The notes under the pieces were generated by a model that was not told the DNA's origin, made no database searches, and saw nothing but the letters and a program-made list of their open reading frames with translations. The position numbers were made by a program, and so were the translations under genes. Positions 1 to 10,372 of a stretch of DNA of 64,000 nucleotides are shown here, one piece after another. The stretch is from Bacteroidia bacterium (GTDB taxonomy: Bacteria; Bacteroidota; Bacteroidia; 2-12-FULL-35-15): assembly GCA_020051175.1 (NCBI GenBank), contig JAGVJJ010000011.1:5509-69508 (forward strand), read 5' to 3'. Position 1 is the stretch's first letter. Every line of letters starts with the position of its first letter.

Positions 1-51
1 TGTTGAAAGGCTAAGACTGGAAGTGGTGAGGGAGCAGAAAAAATAATAAGA

Positions 52-408
52 ATGAACCTCAGCAACATTTCCCAATATTTTAATCACCTGGATTTGATCA
101 AAGCTACTGCTGATCAGATTATAAAGGACTTTGATATGTTTGGGCTCGAAATAAAATTTTCAGGAAACGCTTACAATGCCTACGAAGAACTGTTTGAGCA
201 AATTGAACCCCATATTGACCAGCTCCTTAACTCCAACCGGCAAAAATTCATGGGCATCCTCTACCGAATTGACCTTAGCGATGAGCAGGTAAAAATTGCA
301 GTAAACAATAATTCCAGTGAACCATTTTCCGCCATTATCAGCGATTTGATTATAAAGAGGGAGCTGCAAAAAGTGGTTATCAGAAACCAGTATAAAAAGC
401 GCGATTAA
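52..408 (+). CDS. hypothetical protein
   Basis: 118-aa ATG ORF with host-like composition, LYRIDL motif, upstream of sucA. Confidence 0.75.
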   Translation: MNLSNISQYFNHLDLIKATADQIIKDFDMFGLEIKFSGNAYNAYEELFEQIEPHIDQLLNSNRQKFMGILYRIDLSDEQVKIAVNNNSSEPFSAIISDLIIKRELQKVVIRNQYKKRD

Positions 409-526
409 AACCTCTCCCACGAAGGCACGATTAATCCCGACAACCAGCTGATTATCACCCCTTAATATACAAAAACAGACTTGGCATCCCTTTTTTAAGT
501 TTCCCGGTAATTCAATTAAAAAACCG

Positions 527-534
527 TAACTTTG
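527..534 (+). promoter_or_regulatory. Bacteroidota -7 promoter box (TAACTTTG) for sucAB
   Basis: matches TAnnTTTG about 30 nt upstream of the sucA ATG. Confidence 0.55.
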
Positions 535-562
535 TAGTCTTATAATATAGCGAGAGAGCATT

Positions 563-3286
563 ATGGATAAATTTTCATACCTGGGAAATGCGGACATATC
601 TTCAATAGAAAATATGTTCCAGAGTTATTTGAAAGACAATACTTCGGTTGACAGCAGCTGGCAAAAATTCTTTGAAGGCTTCGAATTTGCACGTAAAAAC
701 TACGAGGACAGCGGGGAAATACCACAAAACGTAAAAAAGGAATTTGATGTCATTAACCTTATTAACGGTTACAGGACACGGGGGCATTTATTCACTCAAA
801 CCAACCCGGTGCGTGAGCGCAGAAAATATGCCCCAACACTGGATATTGAAAATTTCGGGCTTAGCGAAGCTGACCTGGAAACAGTTTTCCAAGCCGGGGG
901 CCAGCTGGGCATAGGCCCTGCAAAGTTAAAGGACATCGTAGCCTTTTTAAAGCAAACCTATTGTCAGTCAATTGGTGCCGAATATGCCTACATCCGTATT
1001 CCAAAAATAAACGAGTGGCTCCGGAATAAGATGGAATCGGTAAAAAACACACCGAACTTTTCTAAAGACGAGAAATTAAGCATTCTGAAGAAGCTCAACC
1101 AGGCCGTAGGATTTGAGAATTTTTTACATACCAAGTTTGTAGGCCAGAAACGGTTTTCATTAGAAGGTGCTGAAGCTACAATCCCTGCCTTAAACGCTAT
1201 TTGCGAAAAAGGAGCCGATATGGGTATCAAAGATTTTGTGATTGGTATGGCTCACCGCGGAAGGTTGAATATACTCACCAATATTTTAGATAAACGTTAC
1301 CAGGACGTTTTTTCTGAATTTGAAGGTTATGCCTCTGATGACGCTCAGTTTGATGGTGATGTAAAATATCACATGGGTTACTCCTGCGATAAAACAAGCA
1401 AAAACGGAAATACATTTCATATAAGCCTCACCCCGAACCCTTCTCACCTTGAAGCGGTTGACCCGGTTGTTGAAGGGATTGCACGTGCCAAAATTGATAA
1501 CTTCCACAACGGGGATATCAAAAAAGTATGTCCGATTTTAATTCACGGAGATGCAGCGCTTGCCGGACAAGGCATTGTGTATGAAGTGATCCAGATGAGC
1601 CAGCTGGAAGGTTATAAAACGGGAGGTACGATACATCTTGTAATCAATAACCAGGTTGGATTTACAACCAACTACCTGGATGGCCGTTCAAGTACATATT
1701 GCACGGACATCGCAAAAGTAGTGCTATCCCCTGTTTTCCACGTAAATGGAGACGATGTGGAAGCACTTGTGCATACGGTACAGCTTGCGATGGAATTCCG
1801 CCAGGAGTTTCATCGTGATGTATTTATCGATATTTTATGCTACCGTAAACATGGCCACAACGAAGGTGATGAGCCCCGGTTTACACAGCCGATTTTATAT
1901 AAAGCCATTGCAGCGCATCCAAATCCGAGGGAGATATATGTTGAACAACTGGTTGCCCAGGGCGTGATAGAAAAAGGAGATGCCAAGCAGCTTGAAAAAG
2001 AATTTAAAGAGGTGCTTCAATCCAAACTTGATGAAGCAAAGAAAGAAGGAAAGACAAAAATCACTTCATTCTTAACAAGTCAATGGACAGGATTAAAAAT
2101 GGCTGGTCCTGACGCATTCGACAAGTCACCGGATACGGCTGTAACAAAAGCAGCCTTCTCTGGTATTGCAAAAAAAATAGCGCAACTGCCAGCCGATCGA
2201 AAATTCTTTAACAAAACCCAAAAGCTGTTTGAAGACCGCAGCGCCATGATTGCCAATGACAATTATGACTGGGCTATGGGCGAACTGATGGCTTATGCCA
2301 GCCTGATGGATGAAGGGCACAATATTCGCTTTAGCGGACAGGATGTGGAACGCGGAACTTTCTCGCACCGCCATGCAGTGGTGAAGGTTGAAGATTCTGA
2401 AGAAGAATATACACCCCTTAACAATATTGACACAAAAGGCAGGCTGAGCATTTTTAACTCACATCTTTCTGAATACGGTGTACTTGGCTTTGAATTGGGA
2501 TATGCACTTACTGCCCCGAACGACCTTGTTATCTGGGAAGCACAGTTTGGTGATTTCTTTAATGGTGCACAAATTATCATTGACCAGTTTATTACTTCCG
2601 CTGAATACAAGTGGCGAAGGATGAATGGACTGGTAATGCTTTTGCCTCATGGTTATGAAGGCATGGGCCCGGAACACTCAAGTGCTCGTATGGAGCGCTT
2701 TTTACAGCAATGTGCTGAAAACAATATGCAAATTGTGAACTGTACTACACCGGCAAACCAGTTCCATGTATTGCGCAGACAGCTAAAACGTGAATTCCGC
2801 AAACCGTTGATATGCTTTACACCTAAAAAGCTGTTGCGCTACCCAAGTTGTGTATCATCTTTAAAAGATTTCACAACAGGTGGTTTCCAGGAGGTAATTG
2901 ATGATGCAACAGCAAATGTAAAATCAGTAAAACGCATTGCTTTCTGCACCGGCAAAATATATTACGATTTGATTGAGGCAAAAGAAAAAGAAAACAATAC
3001 CGATTTGGCAATTGTTCGTCTGGAGCAATTATACCCGATACCTAAAAACCAGTTGCAGGAAATTGTTTCCAAATATAAAAATGCAAGCGAATACCTTTGG
3101 GTACAGGAAGAGCCGGAAAACATGGGCGCTTGGTCTTACGTTTTGCGCGCTTTCAGGAAAGTGAATTTAAAGTACATTGGCCGTCCGGAAACGGCAAGTC
3201 CCGCAACCGGCTATGGCAAGCTGCATGCACAGCAGCAACAGAATATAATTGACAAAGTATTTCAAAAACAATTAGCGGTTAAATAA
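563..3286 (+). CDS. sucA: 2-oxoglutarate dehydrogenase E1
   Basis: KRFSLEG, GMAHRGRLN, GDVKYH, HGDAA TPP motif, WEAQFGDF, LPHGYEGMGPEHSSAR. Confidence 0.98.
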   Translation: MDKFSYLGNADISSIENMFQSYLKDNTSVDSSWQKFFEGFEFARKNYEDSGEIPQNVKKEFDVINLINGYRTRGHLFTQTNPVRERRKYAPTLDIENFGLSEADLETVFQAGGQLGIGPAKLKDIVAFLKQTYCQSIGAEYAYIRIPKINEWLRNKMESVKNTPNFSKDEKLSILKKLNQAVGFENFLHTKFVGQKRFSLEGAEATIPALNAICEKGADMGIKDFVIGMAHRGRLNILTNILDKRYQDVFSEFEGYASDDAQFDGDVKYHMGYSCDKTSKNGNTFHISLTPNPSHLEAVDPVVEGIARAKIDNFHNGDIKKVCPILIHGDAALAGQGIVYEVIQMSQLEGYKTGGTIHLVINNQVGFTTNYLDGRSSTYCTDIAKVVLSPVFHVNGDDVEALVHTVQLAMEFRQEFHRDVFIDILCYRKHGHNEGDEPRFTQPILYKAIAAHPNPREIYVEQLVAQGVIEKGDAKQLEKEFKEVLQSKLDEAKKEGKTKITSFLTSQWTGLKMAGPDAFDKSPDTAVTKAAFSGIAKKIAQLPADRKFFNKTQKLFEDRSAMIANDNYDWAMGELMAYASLMDEGHNIRFSGQDVERGTFSHRHAVVKVEDSEEEYTPLNNIDTKGRLSIFNSHLSEYGVLGFELGYALTAPNDLVIWEAQFGDFFNGAQIIIDQFITSAEYKWRRMNGLVMLLPHGYEGMGPEHSSARMERFLQQCAENNMQIVNCTTPANQFHVLRRQLKREFRKPLICFTPKKLLRYPSCVSSLKDFTTGGFQEVIDDATANVKSVKRIAFCTGKIYYDLIEAKEKENNTDLAIVRLEQLYPIPKNQLQEIVSKYKNASEYLWVQEEPENMGAWSYVLRAFRKVNLKYIGRPETASPATGYGKLHAQQQQNIIDKVFQKQLAVK

Positions 3287-3363
3287 TTTTTAGATTTATT
3301 GATTTGTAGAATTTTAGAGTTAAATCTGCAAATCCACAATTCTAAAATTCAACAATTTAAAAT

Positions 3364-4632
3364 ATGGCAACAATAGAAATAAAAGTACCCAGCCCGGGTG
3401 AATCCATTACAGAAGTAGTAATTGCACGTTGGTTAAAAAAAGATGGCGACTATGTTGAGAAAGACGAAGAAGTAGCAGAAATTGATTCCGATAAGGCAAC
3501 GCTGACCATTAATGCTGAAGAGGCTGGCGCAATAAAGCTATTGGCTGCTGAAGGTGATACCGTAAAAGTGGGCCAGGTAGTGTGCTCTATTGATACTTCA
3601 GCTAAGGGAGAAAGTCAAAAATCAAAAGACAAAAGTGAAGTAGTCACAGAACAAAAAGCTGCAAGCACAAAGCCAAAGGAAGAAGCTACTGTCAAAACAG
3701 CTGAAACCAAAACTGCAAAAACTGAAACAAATTATGCCTCCGGAACACCATCGCCTGCTGCTAAAAAGCTGATGGACGAAAACAAGGTCCCGGCTGGTAA
3801 ATTAAGCGGAACCGGTAAAGATGGAAGAATTACAAAAGGGGATGTTTTGAATGCTTTAGCTGCAGGTTTCGACAGCTCATCTTCTTCAGGATGGGGAGGA
3901 ACACGCGATACGGAGCGCCAGAAAATGTCGCCACTGCGTAAAAAACTGGCACAGCGACTGGTAGCTGTTAAAAACGACACAGCTATGCTTACTACTTTTA
4001 ACGAAGTAGACATGAGCGCGATTTACGCCATGCGTGCCAAATACAAAGACAAGTTCAAAGAAGTACATGGTGCAAACCTTGGTTTCATGAGCTTTTTCAC
4101 AAAAGCAGTAACCGAAGCATTGAACCATTATCCTGCTGTAAATGCAATGATTGACGGGGAAGAAATTGTATATCACAAATATGCTGATATAGGTATTGCA
4201 GTGAGCGCACCAAAAGGTTTGGTAGTTCCTGTATTGCGCAATGCAGAGCAAATGAGCCTTGCACAAATAGAAACTGAAATAAAAAACCTTGCTGTAAAAG
4301 CACGTGAAAACAAAATAACCCTCGAAGATATGAGCGGTGGAACATTTACCATAACAAACGGTGGTGTGTTTGGCTCTATGATGAGCACCCCTATTATCAA
4401 TCCTCCTCAAAGCGCTATCCTGGGGATGCACAATGTGGTTGAAAGGCCTGTAGCCGTTAACGGACAAGTTGTTATCCGCCCGATGATGTACGTTGCATTG
4501 TCATACGACCACCGCATTATCGATGGCCGCGAATCTGTTGGTTTCCTTGTGAAAGTAAAGGAAATGCTTGAAAACCCGACAAAAATGTTATTCGGTGGTA
4601 AAGATCCGAATGAGATTGTACTGGGCTTATAA
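3364..4632 (+). CDS. sucB: dihydrolipoyllysine succinyltransferase E2
   Basis: lipoyl domain (DSDKA), E3-binding [20 protein letters not shown]; follows sucA. Confidence 0.97.
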   Translation: MATIEIKVPSPGESITEVVIARWLKKDGDYVEKDEEVAEIDSDKATLTINAEEAGAIKLLAAEGDTVKVGQVVCSIDTSAKGESQKSKDKSEVVTEQKAASTKPKEEATVKTAETKTAKTETNYASGTPSPAAKKLMDENKVPAGKLSGTGKDGRITKGDVLNALAAGFDSSSSSGWGGTRDTERQKMSPLRKKLAQRLVAVKNDTAMLTTFNEVDMSAIYAMRAKYKDKFKEVHGANLGFMSFFTKAVTEALNHYPAVNAMIDGEEIVYHKYADIGIAVSAPKGLVVPVLRNAEQMSLAQIETEIKNLAVKARENKITLEDMSGGTFTITNGGVFGSMMSTPIINPPQSAILGMHNVVERPVAVNGQVVIRPMMYVALSYDHRIIDGRESVGFLVKVKEMLENPTKMLFGGKDPNEIVLGL

Positions 4633-4865
4633 ACAAAATTGCAAGTACTCTTACCGGTCTGTCCAAAGGGATTCTTTGGACAAAGACACAAAAGTATACA
4701 GCAATGAACCTGGTGATGTAAGGGATGTTTCCGTTAACCTTTTGCCGATTTCTTTCAGAACAGGTGTTGGTATCCGCTACTTTTTTTACGGATGGTGTGG
4801 GTATAAACGTTGAAGCGGGTATCGGTGGCCCTGCAGTACAGGCTGGAATATCATTTAAATTATAA
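4633..4865 (+). pseudogene. C-terminal remnant of an outer-membrane beta-barrel gene
   Basis: reads ...ISFRTGVGIRYFF, then after a shift in the T7 run (4781-4787) TDGVGINVEAGIGGPAVQAGISFKL*; alternating strand pattern, no start or signal peptide. Confidence 0.55.
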
Positions 4866-4902
4866 TTGCATAAGCAACAGTTCAGGCAACCTGAACTGTT
4901 AC

Positions 4903-6009
4903 TTATTTTTGTCCATCGGTCGCAAGTACAGGTGTTACCTGGTGTGCAAAGCGGCTGCCATTCTTTTCAACAATTTCAATAATCCTGTAATTGATCTCCT
5001 CCCGCACATTCAGGTATATATCGTATTCAATGCTGTCAATAAAATAAAGCACCATTATATTCACAGAGTTTATATCAAACCCATACATGCGTACACGAGT
5101 TTCGCCTTTAGTAACAAATTCATGGTTTTCAATGGCATTAAATATTTCAGCAACAATATTTTTGAGCTGGTCTGATTTTGTTTCATACACCAATCCAAGC
5201 GTAAATGTTACACGTTTTTGAGTACGCAATGAAAAGTTATCCAGCTCATTATCGATCAGCTTTTTATTGGGAACGGTAACAAAACTTTTTTCTGCCGTAC
5301 GTATACGCGTGCTCCTGAAGCCTATATTTTCTACCTTTCCCTCCACACTTCCTACTTTGATCTGATCGCCAATTACAAAAGGTTTATCAAGGAATATGGT
5401 AAATGAGCCCAAAAGGTTCTCCAATGATTCCTTTGCTGCCAAAGCTATCGCTAAACCACCTATTCCAAGTCCTGCAACAAGAGAAGCAACATTCAGTTCG
5501 AAAACAGCACCCAGGATAAAAAAAACAGAGAAGATGCAGATAACCACTTTAACAGTCTCTTTTATAAACGGAACCAGCTGATCATCTGTTTTTGTTTCCG
5601 TTAATGAAGCGCGGTGCAAAAATACCACACCAAAAAAATCAACCACCCTAAGCAGTATCCATGTCAGGGACCCAACTATCATTACCTGGAACGTACGATA
5701 GAACACCATTCTAAGCCCAAATTTCTCAATAGGGCCACAATGCCATTCTTCAGGAAAATCAAGACGGTTGAAGGCCAGGTATATAAAAATAAGTATCACA
5801 AAAACACCCATTGGCCTTTTCAGCAGGGCCAACAGCCGCTCATAACCCACACCGGTAGTATATTTTTGAAGAAATTTAAAAACAAATAAAGTAAGCAGCT
5901 TGGACAATAGCCGCTGAAAAATCAACCCTACCAGGAGTATTCCTGCAAACCAGCAATAGTCTTCCAGCGTGTTTCCCAGAAATGTCATTTTAAAAAAACT
6001 GTTCAGCAT
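4903..6009 (-). CDS. MscS-family mechanosensitive channel
   Basis: LVAGLGIGGLAIALAAKESLENLLG, KPFVIGDQI, IGFRSTRIRT, VPNKKL. Confidence 0.95.
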   Translation of the reverse strand: MLNSFFKMTFLGNTLEDYCWFAGILLVGLIFQRLLSKLLTLFVFKFLQKYTTGVGYERLLALLKRPMGVFVILIFIYLAFNRLDFPEEWHCGPIEKFGLRMVFYRTFQVMIVGSLTWILLRVVDFFGVVFLHRASLTETKTDDQLVPFIKETVKVVICIFSVFFILGAVFELNVASLVAGLGIGGLAIALAAKESLENLLGSFTIFLDKPFVIGDQIKVGSVEGKVENIGFRSTRIRTAEKSFVTVPNKKLIDNELDNFSLRTQKRVTFTLGLVYETKSDQLKNIVAEIFNAIENHEFVTKGETRVRMYGFDINSVNIMVLYFIDSIEYDIYLNVREEINYRIIEIVEKNGSRFAHQVTPVLATDGQK

Positions 6010-6195
6010 AATAATTAAATTAAGACTGCGTTAGAAAACAATCGTACCAAAGTTGCCAAAAGTATTCCGAATAATCATTACTGAAATTTTTTTTATTTTG
6101 TTTTTGTTTGAAAAAAAAAATTCAGAAATTTGTAATACGTTAAATTTAATAACATAAAAATAACCAATTAGTTTGCAAAACAAATTTCATTCGCA

Positions 6196-6441
6196 ATGAA
6201 AAAATCAGGCAATCCAAAAAACAACTCTGCCAAAAAGAATATTGAAAAGGGCAAAGAGGCCGGTGAGTTAAAAAAAACGACTAAACTGAAGCCTTTGAAG
6301 GAAAAAGAGAAAAAAAGCTGGAAAAACAATCTGAATGATGAGGATGATGAGGATTTCGCTTTTGAAGACGATTTAAAGCTGGATGATGATTTTGATGAGG
6401 ATGAAGACGATGATTATTATGACGATGATGACAAATATTAA
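6196..6441 (+). CDS. small bipolar protein (Lys-rich N-half, Asp/Glu-rich C-half)
   Basis: 81-aa ATG ORF with A-rich leader and downstream terminator. Confidence 0.7.
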   Translation: MKKSGNPKNNSAKKNIEKGKEAGELKKTTKLKPLKEKEKKSWKNNLNDEDDEDFAFEDDLKLDDDFDEDEDDDYYDDDDKY

Positions 6442-6462
6442 TCAGTGATATTTTTTTCGCAG

Positions 6463-6494
6463 AAGAACGGTTCAGAAATGGCCGTTCTTTTTTT
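6463..6494. terminator. intrinsic terminator between convergent genes
   Basis: AAGAACGGTT-loop-GGCCGTTCTT followed by T run. Confidence 0.65.
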
Positions 6495-7581
6495 ATCCCG
6501 TTTTTCCCGAATAAACCGCACCTCCGCAATTATCATACCTGGCCCCTGTTACGCTTTGCAAACAATTGTTTTCATTACGCATCCTTAAAACACCCAGGAA
6601 CGCAAATATCAGCGCTTCTTTAAACTCAATCGTATTTTTGTCCGGCACAATTACCGTGTGGCTCGTATGCCGCCTGATTGCATCCATTAGAAAGGCATTA
6701 TAAGCTCCCCCGCCCGTAACCAGTATTTTACCGGTATCAAGGTGGTTCAGCGCTTTTGCGGTTTGAATGGCTACATGCTCACAAAAAGTCCGCAGAAAAT
6801 CCCTTTCATTAAGCTTGAATTTTTCGATCAAAGGGTGGATATTTTTTATCACCCACTCTTTCCCCAAGGATTTAGGGCTATTTAAGGGCATCTGGTAAAA
6901 AGCCAATGCATTCAGTTCATTCAACAGAGCCTGGTTTATTAGCCCTGTGGAGGCAAGCTGCCCACCATCATCATACTCCTTCCCTACCGCATTGCAAATG
7001 GCATTCATTACAATATTTACCGGACAAATATCAAACGCAATCCTCCTGGAATCATACTCGTATGAAACATTCGCAAAACCACCCAGGTTAAGGCAAAAGC
7101 TATAATCCTCAAACAGCAATTTATCACCAACAGGTACCAGTGGTGCACCTTGTCCGCCAAGCGCTACGTCCAGGGAACGGAAATCACATACCGTAGTTAG
7201 TCCACACTCTGCTGCAATACTGTTACCAGAACCCACCTGCACAGTAAAACGCCTTTCAGGCTGGTGAAAAATGGTATGCCCGTGCGAAGCAATAAAATCG
7301 GGCTTTAGAGAATATTTTTTTACAAAATCAGTTACAAGTTTTCCAAGGTAATAACCATATTCTACATTCACCTGATTGAAAGTAACGGCATCAGTACTTT
7401 CAAGCCCCAGCAGCTTTTCCCTCCAGGCAACAGGGTAAGCAACAGTTTCCGCACACACTATCTCATAAGTCCACTTTTGATTGTCGATTATAAACCTGCA
7501 AAAAGCAATATCCACACCATCCAGCGAAGTGCCCGACATGAGACCAATTACAGCGTAATTCTGAGGGCTTTTATTTGCCAT
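6493..7581 (-). CDS. anmK: anhydro-N-acetylmuramic acid kinase
   Basis: IGLMSGTSLDGVD, SHGHTIFHQP, DFRSLDVALGGQGAPLVP, LNLGGFAN, GGGAYN, KEALIFA. Confidence 0.96.
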   Translation of the reverse strand: MANKSPQNYAVIGLMSGTSLDGVDIAFCRFIIDNQKWTYEIVCAETVAYPVAWREKLLGLESTDAVTFNQVNVEYGYYLGKLVTDFVKKYSLKPDFIASHGHTIFHQPERRFTVQVGSGNSIAAECGLTTVCDFRSLDVALGGQGAPLVPVGDKLLFEDYSFCLNLGGFANVSYEYDSRRIAFDICPVNIVMNAICNAVGKEYDDGGQLASTGLINQALLNELNALAFYQMPLNSPKSLGKEWVIKNIHPLIEKFKLNERDFLRTFCEHVAIQTAKALNHLDTGKILVTGGGAYNAFLMDAIRRHTSHTVIVPDKNTIEFKEALIFAFLGVLRMRNENNCLQSVTGARYDNCGGAVYSGKTG

Positions 7582-7704
7582 AAATCGTTAGTGAATTTCA
7601 ATTTTTAAAACTATATTTGTCCTTTATGCCTTTGTTCACTAAAAGACGAACAGAAGCATCAAAGAATAAAAATAAAAGAATTTTCAACATAAAAACGTAT
7701 ACAA

Positions 7705-8844
7705 ATGCTATTTAACTTGTCGGAAGAGCACCTGATGATTCAGAAGGCAGCTCGTGATTTTGCAAATGATGTTTTAAAACCGGGTGTAATTGAACGTGAT
7801 GAACACCAGAAGTTTCCTGCAGAGCAGGTAAAACAAATGGGAGAACTTGGTTTCCTTGGGATGATGGTTTCGCAAAAGTACGGTGGAGGCGGTATGGACT
7901 GCATCTCTTATGTGCTTGCAATGGAAGAAATTTCTAAAATAGATGCCTCTGCATCGGTGGTAATGTCGGTAAATAACTCCCTTGTTTGCTGGGGTTTGGA
8001 AACTTTCGGAACAGAAGAACAAAAACAAAAATACCTTGTGCCATTGGCAAAAGGCGAAATCATAGGGGCATTCTGCCTTTCGGAGCCGGAAGCTGGCTCT
8101 GACGCTACCTCACAGCGCACAACCGCTATTGACAAAGGCGATCATTATGTGATAAACGGAACCAAAAACTGGATCACGAATGGTGGGACAGCTTCTGTTT
8201 ATCTTGTAATCGCGCAAACGGATGTTGCAAAAGGTCACCGTGGTATCAATGCATTTATTGTAGAAAAAGGCACTCCGGGATTTGTTGTTGGACCAAAAGA
8301 AAACAAGCTTGGAATACGTGGTTCAGATACACATTCCCTGATGTTTACTGATGTAAAAGTTCCAAAAGAAAACCGTATTGGCGAAGATGGCTTTGGTTTT
8401 AAGTTCGCGATGCAAACCTTAACCGGTGGGCGTATTGGTATTGCTTCCCAGGCATTGGGTATTGCTTCAGGCGCATATGAACTGGCACTGGCCTATTCAA
8501 AAGAGCGTAAGGCATTCGGAAAAACAATTAACCAGCACCAGATCATCCAGTTTAAACTTGCTGATATGGCTACAGAAATTGAAGCTGCTCGTTTGCTATG
8601 CCTGAAAGCTGCATGGTTAAAAGATAAACACCAGGACTATACTACAGCAAGTGCAATGGCAAAAGTATTTGCTTCTGAACTGGCAATGAGAACAACGGTG
8701 GAAGCAGTTCAGATTCATGGTGGATACGGATTTGTAAAAGAGTACCACGTGGAGCGTTTGATGCGTGATGCCAAGATTACCCAGATTTATGAAGGTACAT
8801 CAGAAGTTCAGCGTATTGTTATTTCAAGATCTATACTTGCTTAG
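7705..8844 (+). CDS. short-chain acyl-CoA dehydrogenase
   Basis: FCLSEPEAGSDA, NGTKNWITNG, KLGIRGS, QIHGGYG, IYEGTSEVQR; TATATTTG box at 7612-7619. Confidence 0.96.
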   Translation: MLFNLSEEHLMIQKAARDFANDVLKPGVIERDEHQKFPAEQVKQMGELGFLGMMVSQKYGGGGMDCISYVLAMEEISKIDASASVVMSVNNSLVCWGLETFGTEEQKQKYLVPLAKGEIIGAFCLSEPEAGSDATSQRTTAIDKGDHYVINGTKNWITNGGTASVYLVIAQTDVAKGHRGINAFIVEKGTPGFVVGPKENKLGIRGSDTHSLMFTDVKVPKENRIGEDGFGFKFAMQTLTGGRIGIASQALGIASGAYELALAYSKERKAFGKTINQHQIIQFKLADMATEIEAARLLCLKAAWLKDKHQDYTTASAMAKVFASELAMRTTVEAVQIHGGYGFVKEYHVERLMRDAKITQIYEGTSEVQRIVISRSILA

Positions 8845-8940
8845 TTCTGTTGTTTAAAGTTCCAGGTTTAAAGTTTCAGGTTCTGTGTTTGGCTAAAATT
8901 GGGCCCTAAACAGAACCTGTTTTTTTTAAAATCGATTTTA

Positions 8941-9552
8941 ATGAAACGATATTTTATAACCGGCATTGGTACCGATGTAGGCAAAACAGTTGCTTCAGCC
9001 ATTGTTGTGGAAGCATTGAAAGCCGACTATTGGAAGCCTGTACAGGCAGGTGATCTGGGAAATACAGATACAATGAAAGTGAAAGGGCTTGTAAGCAGTG
9101 TACAATCACAGTTTCACAAAGAAGCATACCGCTTCACTCAACCTATGTCGCCCCATGCAGCTGCGGCTGTTGATGGGGTACAGATAGATACAAAAAAACT
9201 GATACTGCCCGAAACCTCAAATACACTTATTATTGAAGGTGCCGGTGGGCTTATGGCTCCGCTAAAAAAAAATTTTCTGGTAATTGATTTAATTCAGCAG
9301 CTGAAAGCAGAAGTTATTCTTGTATCACGCAATTACCTGGGCAGCATCAATCACACCTTGTTATCAGCCGATGCTTTGAAGAACAGGAGGATTCCGGTGG
9401 CAGGTATTGTGTTTAACGGTGCACCCACACCTTCTTCAGAAGAATATATTTTAAATTCCACTGGTTACAAATGCCTTCTGCGCATTGGAGAGGAAAACAC
9501 CATCGATCAGACTACAGTAAAGCGTTATGCATCACTACTTGCTTTGAAATAA
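8941..9552 (+). CDS. bioD: dethiobiotin synthase
   Basis: FITGIGTDVGKT P-loop, KPVQAG, SPHAAA, EGAGG, LGSINHTLLS; ATG at 8941 preferred to TTG at 8899. Confidence 0.95.
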   Translation: MKRYFITGIGTDVGKTVASAIVVEALKADYWKPVQAGDLGNTDTMKVKGLVSSVQSQFHKEAYRFTQPMSPHAAAAVDGVQIDTKKLILPETSNTLIIEGAGGLMAPLKKNFLVIDLIQQLKAEVILVSRNYLGSINHTLLSADALKNRRIPVAGIVFNGAPTPSSEEYILNSTGYKCLLRIGEENTIDQTTVKRYASLLALK

Positions 9553-9662
9553 TATTGAAACAGGCTCTGCCAAGGGACTGTATATCTCACTTTTTATTTT
9601 CGGGTTTCAGTTACTATATTTGCTGGAATACCATGTAAAAACAATATCTAAAAAAATATCCC

Positions 9663-10295
9663 ATGCGTGAAGCTTATGACAAGCTGCTAAGCGGCAACAA
9701 AAAATGGTCAGAAGAAAAACTAAAACAGGATCCTGATTTTTTTAAAAACCTGACCTTGGGACAGCATCCGGAACACCTATGGATTGGTTGTTCGGACAGC
9801 AGAGTACCCGCAAATGAAATTACCAACACCAAATCAGGCGAAATATTCGTACATCGTAATATTGCGAACATGGTAGTACACACCGATTTTAACCTGATGA
9901 GTGTTTTGTACTATGCTGTGGAAGTGTTGCATGTAAAGCACATTATTGTTTGCGGACATTATGGTTGTGGTGGTGTAGCGGCAGCTATGACCAATAAGGA
10001 CCACGGTTTTGTAAACAACTGGTTGCGCAACATCAAAGAAGTGTATCACAAACACCGAACAGAGCTGGAGGCAATTGCAGATTTAAAGCAAAGGGAAAAC
10101 AGGCTGGTGGAACTGAATGTGATTGAACAGGTACAAAACCTGGGTAAAACGCGCATTGTTCAAAATGCATGGAAGAAACAAGAGCTACAGGTTCATGGAT
10201 GGGTGTATGGGTTCAACAACGGACTCATCACTGATTTGCATGTAATGATGGATGAAACCAATGATGTACAGCCTATTTTCAGGTATGAGCTGTAA
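9663..10295 (+). CDS. can: beta-class carbonic anhydrase
   Basis: GCSDSRV, FVHRNIAN, CGHYGCGG zinc ligands. Confidence 0.95.
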   Translation: MREAYDKLLSGNKKWSEEKLKQDPDFFKNLTLGQHPEHLWIGCSDSRVPANEITNTKSGEIFVHRNIANMVVHTDFNLMSVLYYAVEVLHVKHIIVCGHYGCGGVAAAMTNKDHGFVNNWLRNIKEVYHKHRTELEAIADLKQRENRLVELNVIEQVQNLGKTRIVQNAWKKQELQVHGWVYGFNNGLITDLHVMMDETNDVQPIFRYEL

Positions 10296-10312
10296 GCTAC
10301 AGCTACACTAAT

Positions 10313-10350
10313 AAAAACGACCTGTTGATAATGTTCAACAGGCCGTTTTT
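10313..10350. terminator. bidirectional intrinsic terminator
   Basis: AAAACGACCTGTTGA-loop-TCAACAGGCCGTTTT between convergent genes. Confidence 0.7.
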
Positions 10351-10372
10351 ATTAGATAGAAGGAGTGGCGTT

